Below, in pieces: positions 1 to 8,167 of a stretch of DNA of 64,000 nucleotides. The position numbers and the translations under genes were made by a program. Positions within the stretch are counted from its first letter, which is position 1. Each line of letters begins with the position of its first letter. The notes under the pieces are model-generated. The model saw only the letters and a program-made list of their open reading frames with translations, was not told the origin of the DNA and ran no database searches. The stretch lies in the IMG/VR virus record IMGVR_UViG_3300044681_000369, positions 76,971 through 140,970 of that record; one strand, given 5' to 3'. The DNA comes from a virus.

Positions 1-1146
1 ATTGTCGTTACCAACAAAGATGAGTGGGTCAGTTACAGAAATCGTTGACGAGTTGACAGTTGTGGTTGTACCAGTTACTGTCAAGTTACCGGCAACAGTG
101 ATGTTACCAGCAGTGATATCGTCCGAATAAAGTGTACCATCAACAGTTACGTCATTGAATGTTACGTTATCTGTGGTACCAACTGCCTGACCGATGCTTA
201 CAACACCATTAGTTACATCAACACCAGTGCCGGCTGTGATAGCTGCCTGCGCTCTTGCGTCTGTGAAGTAAAGGTTGTTTGCGCCTTCTTGCACATCGTC
301 TGTATCGTGGTCTGATAGTGTGAAGCCTACAACACCGCCGGCGTAAGTTAGATCGCCAGAAACGCTGATAGCTGCCTGCGCTCTTGCGTCTGTGAAGTAA
401 AGGTTGTTTACACCTTCAGCTACAGTATCAGAATCACCTTGAGTGTAGCTAATTTCACCAGTTGATGAGTCATAGCTTAGTGAACCAGTGGCAGAGATTG
501 CGCCTCTTGCGCGGGCGTCTGTATAATACTGATTGGTAGCACCTTCACCAATATCGTCTGTGTCTAGTACAACTGCACCGACTTCACCGTTTACGCTTGT
601 AACGCCACCGGTTACGTTGATGACACCAGTAGAAGAGTCATAAGTTGCGGCGCCAGTTACGCTGATTGCACCACGTGCGCGGGCATCAGTAAAGTATAGG
701 TTGCTTGAACCTTCGCTTAGACCATCTGTATCGTGGTTGCTGATATCTGAAACTGTACCAGTTACGTTACCTGTTACGTTACCAGTTACGTTACCAGTTA
801 CGTCACCAGTAAGATCACCAGTTACGTCACCAGTAAGATCACCAGTTACGTCACCAGTAAGGTCAGCGGTAATTACGCCTGCGCTGAAATTGCCTGAAGC
901 ATCACGCTTAACTAGTGTGCTTGCTGTGTTGGCATTTGTTGCTGAATCGACGGCAGAAGTATAAAACTTACCACCGATAGCTTCAATGACAGCACTACCA
1001 CTTGAGTTTACGGACTCAATATAGAGTTTCGCACCTGCGCCATTATTACTGGCGTCTTCAGCATATGCCAACTCGCCTTCTAGCAAATCGCTAGTTGTTG
1101 GAGCGGCTGAACCGGAACTTCTCTTAATTTGAATAATTGTGGACAT
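1..1146 (-). CDS. Tail fibre protein (Mtd_N-like N-terminus), runs off window start; missing from ORF track
   Basis: ATG at 1146 reads MSTIIQIKRSSGSAAPTTSDLLEGELAYAEDA..., the 'IQIKRS...P...L.EGELA' N-terminus of phage fibres. It contains TG(D/N)(V/L) repeats and 'DTDD.xEGxxNLY(F/Y)TDARA' repeats. Confidence 0.8.
   Translation of the reverse strand, partial: MSTIIQIKRSSGSAAPTTSDLLEGELAYAEDASNNGAGAKLYIESVNSSGSAVIEAIGGKFYTSAVDSATNANTASTLVKRDASGNFSAGVITADLTGDVTGDLTGDVTGDLTGDVTGNVTGNVTGNVTGTVSDISNHDTDGLSEGSSNLYFTDARARGAISVTGAATYDSSTGVINVTGGVTSVNGEVGAVVLDTDDIGEGATNQYYTDARARGAISATGSLSYDSSTGEISYTQGDSDTVAEGVNNLYFTDARAQAAISVSGDLTYAGGVVGFTLSDHDTDDVQEGANNLYFTDARAQAAITAGTGVDVTNGVVSIGQAVGTTDNVTFNDVTVDGTLYSDDITAGNITVAGNLTVTGTTTTVNSSTISVTDPLIFVGNDN
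237..409. repeat. 44-nt exact direct repeat (237-280, 366-409) inside tail fibre repeat units
   Basis: tgatagctgcctgcgctcttgcgtctgtgaagtaaaggttgttt occurs twice and encodes NNLYFTDARAQAAI. Confidence 0.85.
755..862. repeat. 12-nt tandem repeats encoding TG(D/N)(V/L) in tail fibre
   Basis: Tandem accagttacgtt / accagtaagatc units. Confidence 0.85.
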
Positions 1147-1169
1147 ATTAGCCTATTCCTCTTTTTTTG

Positions 1170-1382
1170 TTAAAATGTGCCGCCATCTACGCGGGTTATT
1201 GTTTGCTCGTCCAGGGATTTTGCTTCCCACTTCTTTGTTGTAGCATTATAAACTAAAGTGTCACCTTCACCTACATCGTCAATAACAACGTCCTTAAGAG
1301 ACGAAACCAACACAGATGACTTTGTACTAACGACACTTGTATTTATATTTTTTGTTAATGGAACGGTGACTTTAATTGCCAT
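1170..1382 (-). CDS. Small virion/tail-associated protein
   Basis: 'L.DV......GDTLVYNATTKKW' and C-terminal 'DGGTF' motifs are typical of fibre-associated proteins. Confidence 0.6.
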   Translation of the reverse strand: MAIKVTVPLTKNINTSVVSTKSSVLVSSLKDVVIDDVGEGDTLVYNATTKKWEAKSLDEQTITRVDGGTF

Positions 1383-1711
1383 TATCTGGTAACCTCCGGA
1401 TTAACAACTATGATGCCTTCTAACACACGCATAGTCTCGCCATTTCCAGTAATTTCAACATCATAAACATATCTGCCGGCTTTTACTGCACCGGACTCGC
1501 TTGCAGATAACGAAATAATAACTTCACCATCTAAAGGTGAAGATATTGTTGCATTCAAATCGATATAAGTATTAGTATAATACGACCGACGCATTTGAGC
1601 GGCAGCAGTATAATCAGACAAGTCCAACGGTTCGTCAGTCTGATCATTAACATTGAGTGAAGCGTTAAATGTACTTCCTTGATCAATGTAAAGATTTTTG
1701 ATTGTAGCCAT
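1382..1711 (-). CDS. Virion structural protein (BppU N-terminal-like, 'NLYIDQGSTF' family)
   Basis: IDQG.TF...DL..Y.A.AQMR...G.Y.YDVEI...R.LEG...V.P.VT family common in T4-like phages; preceded by TATAAATA. Confidence 0.75.
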   Translation of the reverse strand: MATIKNLYIDQGSTFNASLNVNDQTDEPLDLSDYTAAAQMRRSYYTNTYIDLNATISSPLDGEVIISLSASESGAVKAGRYVYDVEITGNGETMRVLEGIIVVNPEVTR

Positions 1712-1720
1712 TAGGGACCT

Positions 1721-1728
1721 TATAAATT
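1721..1728 (+). promoter_or_regulatory. Possible late promoter TATAAATT for GT island
   Basis: One mismatch to TATAAATA, 37 nt upstream of ATG 1766. Confidence 0.4.
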
Positions 1729-1743
1729 ATATGGTGTTTGAGT

Positions 1744-1751
1744 TATTTATA
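1744..1751 (-). promoter_or_regulatory. T4-type late promoter TATAAATA
   Basis: Exact consensus upstream of 1382..1711. Confidence 0.75.
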
Positions 1752-1765
1752 ATTGGGAAAATATC

Positions 1766-2452
1766 ATGAAGACCATTTTAATGCTAAAATATGGCACAAA
1801 ATACTCTAAAATAGATGTTGATAGAATTATTTCTGCCACCGGCGGAAAGTATCATTATGCTTGTATAACTGATGATCCAGATCTAGACCCTAGAGTCCAG
1901 ATAATCCCTATTCCAGATGATATAGACGGAACATTCCGCAAGATTTGGATGTACAGTCTGGAAAATCTGGGTGATATACTGTATTTAGACTTGGACGTTC
2001 GTATACAAAAAGATATCGATCACCTATGGAAATATATTGACAATACACCAACAATAGTGTATACTTATTGGAAAGATGTGGGTTTTGTAGATCAACCGCA
2101 TAGTGGTTACAGTATGCAGTATCTAAGCAACTACAACTCTAGTGCAGTCCTCTGGAAATCTGGATCTCCTGACGCTAAAATTATATGGGAAAAATTTTCC
2201 GAAGACCCAGATTACTATCAAATTAAGTATTGGGGAGACGATAGATTTCTTTGGCACGAAGGATTCAAATTTAAATGGTTTCCAAAAGGCGAGTTCTACT
2301 CTTTTCTATATGGAGCAGACTTCTATGTTCCAGAGTTGAAGACATGTGATCGATATCGACCAGAATATACAATAGCACTATTAAACGGATTGGACTTATA
2401 CCCGGAGCACGACAAATTATATGATGATCTTTCTAACAATAAAATGGGGTAA
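1766..2452 (+). CDS. GT-A fold glycosyltransferase-like protein, paralogue 1
   Basis: KYGTKY, ACITD, YLDLD (DxD), NSS, GDD motifs. Confidence 0.7.
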   Translation: MKTILMLKYGTKYSKIDVDRIISATGGKYHYACITDDPDLDPRVQIIPIPDDIDGTFRKIWMYSLENLGDILYLDLDVRIQKDIDHLWKYIDNTPTIVYTYWKDVGFVDQPHSGYSMQYLSNYNSSAVLWKSGSPDAKIIWEKFSEDPDYYQIKYWGDDRFLWHEGFKFKWFPKGEFYSFLYGADFYVPELKTCDRYRPEYTIALLNGLDLYPEHDKLYDDLSNNKMG

Positions 2453-3197
2453 GAAATACCCAGCCAAGTATGTAAACAATCTATACAACATGGTAAAGAG
2501 AAACTATGTTGGAGACTTTAGATTTGTATGTTACACGGATGATCCTCAACGAATCAATAAAGAAATTGAAGTCGTTCCTATTCCAGATGACGGACTACTT
2601 CATCCAAAATACTACTTTGGTAAAGAAGATTATTGCTTTGACCGAGCAAAATTCCTAGTATTCAACTCTGAAGAGTGGCTTGAAAATGTGTCTTTCGTGG
2701 ACACATTTTGCTACTTCGATCTGGATGTTGTAATTCAAGGCGACATTAGCATTATCGATGATCTGGCACAAAAGCCCAGACTAATTCATTGCTTTTGGCA
2801 AAAACCAGGCTACGACAAAGATGATAGATTTTTTATCGATACTCGAGGAACATACTACAACTCAAGTATGATGCTTTGGTCTTATCGTCAATGCAGTCAT
2901 ATATACTACGATGTCTTCGAAAACAGAGACATCATTTTTAAGACCTTCTTCAAAGGCTCAGACAACTATCACTACTGGAGACAAAAGAACTTCTGGAAAA
3001 ATATTCCAGAAACTTGGTGTTATTCTTGGAACAGAGGTCGATATTATCCAGAAGATGTAGAAGCATTTAAGTTTAGACCAGATGCCGCAATCTGTTTATT
3101 CAATACGGATAATGTTCCAGATCCTGTGTCAAAAACTCACACAGAGTTAGACAAGTGTAAAGACAAAAACATCAAAAAATTATGGACGGCAAAATGA
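2421..3197 (+). CDS. GT-A fold glycosyltransferase-like protein, paralogue 2
   Basis: KWGKKY, FVCYTD, YFDLD, NSS, GSDNY motifs. Confidence 0.72.
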   Translation: MMIFLTIKWGKKYPAKYVNNLYNMVKRNYVGDFRFVCYTDDPQRINKEIEVVPIPDDGLLHPKYYFGKEDYCFDRAKFLVFNSEEWLENVSFVDTFCYFDLDVVIQGDISIIDDLAQKPRLIHCFWQKPGYDKDDRFFIDTRGTYYNSSMMLWSYRQCSHIYYDVFENRDIIFKTFFKGSDNYHYWRQKNFWKNIPETWCYSWNRGRYYPEDVEAFKFRPDAAICLFNTDNVPDPVSKTHTELDKCKDKNIKKLWTAK

Positions 3198-4021
3198 GAG
3201 TTAATTATATCTGTTGCAAATGGGGAACAAAATATGGTCCCGAGTTTGTCAATCGACTAAATCGGATGGCTAGACTAAACACGCCAGACAAATATGATGT
3301 ACATTTCTATTGTTATACCGATGATGCTAAGGGACTAGACGAGAATATTACTCATATTGATTTTCCAGATATTCCAGAAATTCACCCTAAGTATTGGTTT
3401 GGATCTGATAACTTCAAGTATGGTATGGCTCGTTGCTGGGACAGACCAAAAACGATGATATTCAACACTCACAATTTTGCTCCAGACAAACCTACTGGCA
3501 AATTTATCTTTTTTGATTTGGACGTAATCATCCAAAGTGATCTAACTCCGATAATTGAGTATGATTATGATAATCCTCGAAAGTTGCGCTCTTGGTGGCA
3601 AGATCCAAGACCTATGAAGACTAGACAATTCAAACTCAGTCACGGAGCATACACAAATGGCTCTTGTATGGCATGGATGGATGATCAGACTGAATGTATC
3701 TGGCAAGATGTTTTAGAAAATCAAGAGCGTATATGGTTTACGTTCACAGATGGAACAGATAACTATCACAGTTGGCGTTGGGGAGATTTTAGACCTGACG
3801 GCAAACCACCTTTATGGAAACATTTTCCAAAAGAATTTGCGTACTCATATAACAGAGGAAGAGATTGGGATTCTAATGACCTAGAAGTAGGTATATATAG
3901 AAAAGATGCTATTATTTGTGTGTTCAATGTGGACTTGCTCCCATTCCAAGATAATAGTCGTGGTAAGGTAAAACAAGCATCGCTAGTTGATCCAGACCTA
4001 TTAGCGCATTGGGATATATAA
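3182..4021 (+). CDS. GT-A fold glycosyltransferase-like protein, paralogue 3
   Basis: KWGTKY, FYCYTD, FFDLD, NGS, GTDNY motifs. Confidence 0.72.
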   Translation: MDGKMRVNYICCKWGTKYGPEFVNRLNRMARLNTPDKYDVHFYCYTDDAKGLDENITHIDFPDIPEIHPKYWFGSDNFKYGMARCWDRPKTMIFNTHNFAPDKPTGKFIFFDLDVIIQSDLTPIIEYDYDNPRKLRSWWQDPRPMKTRQFKLSHGAYTNGSCMAWMDDQTECIWQDVLENQERIWFTFTDGTDNYHSWRWGDFRPDGKPPLWKHFPKEFAYSYNRGRDWDSNDLEVGIYRKDAIICVFNVDLLPFQDNSRGKVKQASLVDPDLLAHWDI

Positions 4022-4022
4022 A

Positions 4023-4706
4023 ATGATTAACATTTATACAGTAAAGTGGGGACAGAAGTATGGTCCCGAAGCAGTAAACGCAATTCATGACCAATGTAAA
4101 AAATACATTACCGAAGAATTTGATTTTTATTGCTTGACAGAATATCCTCACGATTTAAATCCGGATATTCTTGTTATTGATTTCCCAAAAGGAAATTACT
4201 ATGAGAAATGGTGGAACAAACTCCATCTATTTGACCCAAACGTTGTTTCTCAAAAAGGCGAAAAGTTATTTTTCGATTTGGATGTGCAGATACAATCGAA
4301 TATTGATTGTATTGTAAACTACGATCCCGGGGATAAACTTACCTTTGTTAGAACATGCTGGCACAATTTGAAAAAAATGAAGCGAGATGTTAAAGATATT
4401 CCTTGGGCATATACTGAGCTAAACTCTTCCGTTTTACGCTGGAACGACATGTTTGACGGAAAGAAAATCACAAAGTTTGTTAAAGATTATCCTTCTCAAA
4501 TGTTTTTCTACTATCGCGGTCTAGATAATCTTTTTGGTCATCAACGTGAAAGGCTGTTAAAGATTGATCATTTTCCAGACGGCTGGGTATACAGTTATAA
4601 TAACGGCTATATATGGCCAACAGATGTGAGAAAGCACACCCTAAGAGAAGATCCGCTAATTTGTTTGTATGATTCTATGGAGCGACCAGAAGATGTTAAG
4701 CTATAA
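4023..4706 (+). CDS. GT-A fold glycosyltransferase-like protein, paralogue 4
   Basis: KWGQKY, FYCLTE, WWNKL, FFDLD, NSS, GLDN motifs. Confidence 0.72.
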   Translation: MINIYTVKWGQKYGPEAVNAIHDQCKKYITEEFDFYCLTEYPHDLNPDILVIDFPKGNYYEKWWNKLHLFDPNVVSQKGEKLFFDLDVQIQSNIDCIVNYDPGDKLTFVRTCWHNLKKMKRDVKDIPWAYTELNSSVLRWNDMFDGKKITKFVKDYPSQMFFYYRGLDNLFGHQRERLLKIDHFPDGWVYSYNNGYIWPTDVRKHTLREDPLICLYDSMERPEDVKL

Positions 4707-5349
4707 CTTTTTGAATAATTATCGAAATTGGGGCGATGGCCTCGATAAGATTAGCCACGAAATGCCTTGGAAACATGAAGACTTTAGAAAGTCTTTGAAT
4801 CCAAATACTATGGAAGCCGCAATCTGGTTGGTAGAAGAACTAAAGCCACTTTTGCCTAAAAATAAAGGACTAGATATTACTGTTCTTAATTCCTGGCTTG
4901 GTTTTCCTTTAGTTCCACTTCTTTGTGAAAATCTTTCAATAACTAAAATCAACCTTATTGATGTTGATAATGATGCACTTGAGTTATCCAAAGTTTTTAA
5001 TAGGTATTATGTCGAACAGGGTATTGATTTAAATCATATTAATTGGGATATACCTTTTGCATATCATGATATTAATGCCCTTGAAACAGATGTTGTCATC
5101 TCTATGTGTGCAGAAACCATGTATCCACTTAGAGAAATGACCACCGCAAACAAAAAGTGTATCTTTGCATGTCAATCTTCAAACGTGTTTAAAGAAATGT
5201 ATGGCATAAATTGTGTGCCTACAATAGAAGCACACATTGAAAATGTAGGTATTAAGACTGCAAAGTATACCGGAGAGATTAAGCAGTTTTATTACAGCTT
5301 TGATGGTAAAACCGAATTTGATCGTTTTATGGCAATAGGAACAAAATAA
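4693..5349 (+). CDS. Class I SAM-dependent methyltransferase-like protein (likely start ATG 4693)
   Basis: Rossmann-like order: ITVLNSWLG (motif I-like), INLIDVD (acidic motif II), DVVISMCAE. Confidence 0.55.
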   Translation: MLSYNFLNNYRNWGDGLDKISHEMPWKHEDFRKSLNPNTMEAAIWLVEELKPLLPKNKGLDITVLNSWLGFPLVPLLCENLSITKINLIDVDNDALELSKVFNRYYVEQGIDLNHINWDIPFAYHDINALETDVVISMCAETMYPLREMTTANKKCIFACQSSNVFKEMYGINCVPTIEAHIENVGIKTAKYTGEIKQFYYSFDGKTEFDRFMAIGTK

Positions 5350-5350
5350 C

Positions 5351-6289
5351 ATGGGCAGAGTAAGAATTGTTGCACCACCTCCAGAAAACTTTATTCCTGT
5401 TCCGCTTGAGCAGACTCACGTATCCATTGATGTAAACAACGATGGAGTAATTGATGTGAAAGATGAGATTGAATTAAAGCAAGACGAAGAATCTAGACTA
5501 AAACTAGAAGAAGAGATCAAAAGAAAGGATGAAATTGCAAAGCAAATTCATCAAGACTTGCTAAAGAAAAAGAAGTTGGATGAAAAAAAGAAACTCCGGG
5601 CTGAAAAAGCGGCAACAAAAACTATATTGGCAACCAGAGAAAACTCTCAGCTTAAAGCAATTCTAAAGAAGAAAGATATTCAGATTGAAGAATTGCTCAC
5701 AAAAATCTCGTCAATCGAAAGTTCTATTTCAGAAACTGCCTTAAAGCAAGAAGGCGCAATTGATCTAATGCGCAAAGAAATCTCTCTAATGAGAGAACAG
5801 AAGCTGGCAGCCGAAAAGGCTAGAGATGAAACACTAATGAAATACCGTGAGCAATCTGTCGGACAATCTCAATTGAGAACCAAAGAATCTGCCAGAATTG
5901 TAGAACTAGAAACTGAACTAAAAGAAACCAAAGCAAAAATTCAAGTGGCTAGAGAAGAGGCATTACTGATCTTTAGAGAAGAACAGAGTCGAAAAAAAGA
6001 AACTCAGATCCGAGCCGCACAAGATTTGAAGATACAAAACATCAAGTCATCGTCAACCTGGTGGTCAAATTTTGTAGCTTTTGTAAAGCGCAAAAAGATT
6101 GAGTTGTCTATGGCAGGAATTACAAATTATGAGGCGGCAGTTATTGTCCGAACAAAATTTGCAATTCCAAAAATGTTAGATGACATTGAGAGAATGCATG
6201 AGCAACTGGCAATCTTGGAAGAAATGATTGCTATGCTTGAAAAGAATAAGTCTAAGTCTCAGAAAGAGAACCAAAGTCCTGCCCAGTAA
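5351..6289 (+). CDS. Long coiled-coil protein with N-terminal DxNxDG Ca-binding-like motif
   Basis: E/K/L heptad-rich sequence; DVNNDGVID near N-terminus. Confidence 0.6.
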   Translation: MGRVRIVAPPPENFIPVPLEQTHVSIDVNNDGVIDVKDEIELKQDEESRLKLEEEIKRKDEIAKQIHQDLLKKKKLDEKKKLRAEKAATKTILATRENSQLKAILKKKDIQIEELLTKISSIESSISETALKQEGAIDLMRKEISLMREQKLAAEKARDETLMKYREQSVGQSQLRTKESARIVELETELKETKAKIQVAREEALLIFREEQSRKKETQIRAAQDLKIQNIKSSSTWWSNFVAFVKRKKIELSMAGITNYEAAVIVRTKFAIPKMLDDIERMHEQLAILEEMIAMLEKNKSKSQKENQSPAQ

Positions 6290-6908
6290 TATCTTCAATC
6301 ATCATTTTCCAGAAACTCTCATCTGGAATAACATAGCCTAATGTAATTCTTTTACTCTTGGAACCGGCACAGTGATACCACACTTTGTCGGTTTCACTTC
6401 TTCTGCCAAAATAGCCCACTTTAACTGACCATCCTTTAGGATCCAAAAGAGTTACCATTTCTTTGGTAATAGGATCACGATACCTAAAATAACCAGCTTC
6501 AGCTTCTGGGTTGTATGTTAAAAGAATGTTATATCCAGAAGCATTCCAGTTTGTGTGCCAGCCCATAAATCCGCCTTCTGGATAATAGACATGTACCGCG
6601 TTTGTCTTTGCACCCAAGAACGAGATTAATTCTCTATTCAATAGACGTTGCTTTTCTCTGTGTGCTTCTGGTATACCTGGAGTTAAACTAATATCACAAC
6701 AATATGCGACTTCAGGAAATCCAACGTGATCTCCATCTTTTTTAACTATATGATCTAGGTACTCTTTGTTAGTTGCAGATTCCATAGTATGTCCATGGAC
6801 TCTATCTGGTTCTTTTAGCTTTGCGTGATCCGTCTGAGAGAAAAACCAATCTGTATAAGGAGTAACGATATCTAAAAGCTCATCGCTAATTGTATTTGTA
6901 AACTTCAT
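6252..6908 (-). CDS. 2OG-Fe(II) oxygenase/cupin-like protein
   Basis: YYP.GGFMGWHTN...VWYHCA...RITLGY: Hx(D/N)...H plus distal Arg, a double-stranded beta-helix pattern. Confidence 0.6.
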   Translation of the reverse strand: MKFTNTISDELLDIVTPYTDWFFSQTDHAKLKEPDRVHGHTMESATNKEYLDHIVKKDGDHVGFPEVAYCCDISLTPGIPEAHREKQRLLNRELISFLGAKTNAVHVYYPEGGFMGWHTNWNASGYNILLTYNPEAEAGYFRYRDPITKEMVTLLDPKGWSVKVGYFGRRSETDKVWYHCAGSKSKRITLGYVIPDESFWKMMIEDITGQDFGSLSET

Positions 6909-6911
6909 GTA

Positions 6912-7634
6912 TTATGCGTTCCTTATGGACGGCGGCAAAGTATAGTGATGAATAATTTTAGGTTGACCTTTTAATTCTTCTTCTTTGTATCCGATAACAA
7001 AGTTCCAACGTGCGTCTGGATCAGGAAATCTTCCAGTCTTAACTCCCATGTTACCGTAAGTCAATAGACGCCACATTGTAAAGGTGTCCCATTCCAGTGC
7101 TTCTTTTGGATAATGTTCGTGATCGTATCCAGGTTCCTGTTGCTTTAGATACTCACCCCACCAAGCACTCATTAAATTGATTGTTTTTGGATTATGTCTG
7201 TAAACAAATAGTCCACAATGCTCTGTCATCTCTTCTGTGTTTGACAGCTTTGTGATTGCCGCGTTATATGGACGATTTGCTGTAAAGATAATATCAACGT
7301 TTTTTGGAATTTGATCGAAAATTGTTGTAATATCTTCATGCACAATTTCAGTATCGCAATCCAAATATGCCGTTATATCATATGGAGTTTTGTCTAATGC
7401 CCAAAGTTTTGCCCGATGGTGTCTAGGAACACCATCGGTAATGATGTTCTCAAAAATTTCATAGTCTTCATCCTCTACCCACTCTTCATGCGTGAATAGA
7501 GTAATTTTAGCTTCAGGAAAATAATCTAAAAGAGATAACGCTGAATTCTTTGCGGCTAGATAGTAGCCTCTACGAAGAGATGCCACATAAAGAAATCCCT
7601 TTTTTACAATATTACCATCATTCTTCTGTCGCAT
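6912..7634 (-). CDS. GT-A nucleotide-diphospho-sugar transferase-like protein
   Basis: KLWALDKTPYDITAYLDCDT (DxD), WDTFTMW, C-terminal HY. Confidence 0.7.
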   Translation of the reverse strand: MRQKNDGNIVKKGFLYVASLRRGYYLAAKNSALSLLDYFPEAKITLFTHEEWVEDEDYEIFENIITDGVPRHHRAKLWALDKTPYDITAYLDCDTEIVHEDITTIFDQIPKNVDIIFTANRPYNAAITKLSNTEEMTEHCGLFVYRHNPKTINLMSAWWGEYLKQQEPGYDHEHYPKEALEWDTFTMWRLLTYGNMGVKTGRFPDPDARWNFVIGYKEEELKGQPKIIHHYTLPPSIRNA

Positions 7635-8085
7635 TGTCTTCAGCCTGAATCAACATTACTGTATATGCCAAAACTTCGAATGAGTTTTTAGCTCTACGAA
7701 TTTTAGATTTCAAAGTTTTATTCTTAGACTGTTTGACTACTGGAATTTCAAAAGCATCCAATTTTGCTTCAAATAGGGCTTCATCTTTACGTCTTTGTTC
7801 ATCAACTTTGCTACGCTCAATTCTTTCCCTTACTTCACGATGTCTACGCTCTTCTCTTTGACGAGTGTTTGCATCAATTTCTTCTTCTGTAAACGCCTTC
7901 ATTATGGCGTCATAGTCCGGATTATTTCCGCCTTCTCCAGACACAGATGCAGGTAGGCTTTTACCAGTATCTGGATAATACATAATAACCATTACCTGCT
8001 TCTGAGCCTTGTTTAGCCAGAAGGGTTCTTTATATTGTTTTGGAGTTTCCTTTTCAGGAGAGATTTCTACTTCCACTTCAATCAC
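7618..8085 (-). CDS. Hypothetical protein
   Basis: Intact ORF with GAGG RBS; C-terminal 'LFEAKLDAFEIP.VK.S.NK.LKSKIRRAK'. Confidence 0.6.
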   Translation of the reverse strand: MIEVEVEISPEKETPKQYKEPFWLNKAQKQVMVIMYYPDTGKSLPASVSGEGGNNPDYDAIMKAFTEEEIDANTRQREERRHREVRERIERSKVDEQRRKDEALFEAKLDAFEIPVVKQSKNKTLKSKIRRAKNSFEVLAYTVMLIQAEDNATEE

Positions 8086-8123
8086 CTCATTAATGTTAAA
8101 ATTACATACTATTATATAGTAGA

Positions 8124-8157
8124 GCCTGGAGGTGACCCCGTAGAGTCACCTCCAAGC
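8124..8157 (-). other. Strong RNA hairpin (UACG tetraloop) after 8168..9604; terminator or stabiliser
   Basis: TGGAGGTGACTC-TACG-GGGTCACCTCCA on minus strand; no clear U-tract on that strand. Confidence 0.6.
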
Positions 8158-8167
8158 ATTTTTCATC

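Noticed and set aside
701-964. Plus-strand ORF with PVT repeats
   Set aside because: Antisense of the TG(D/N)V repeats of the tail fibre gene.
1-1146. Diversity-generating retroelement target (Mtd_N-like start; 44-nt repeat)
   Set aside because: No reverse transcriptase or adenine-variable TR/VR pair in the window; the repeat is an exact in-frame duplication.
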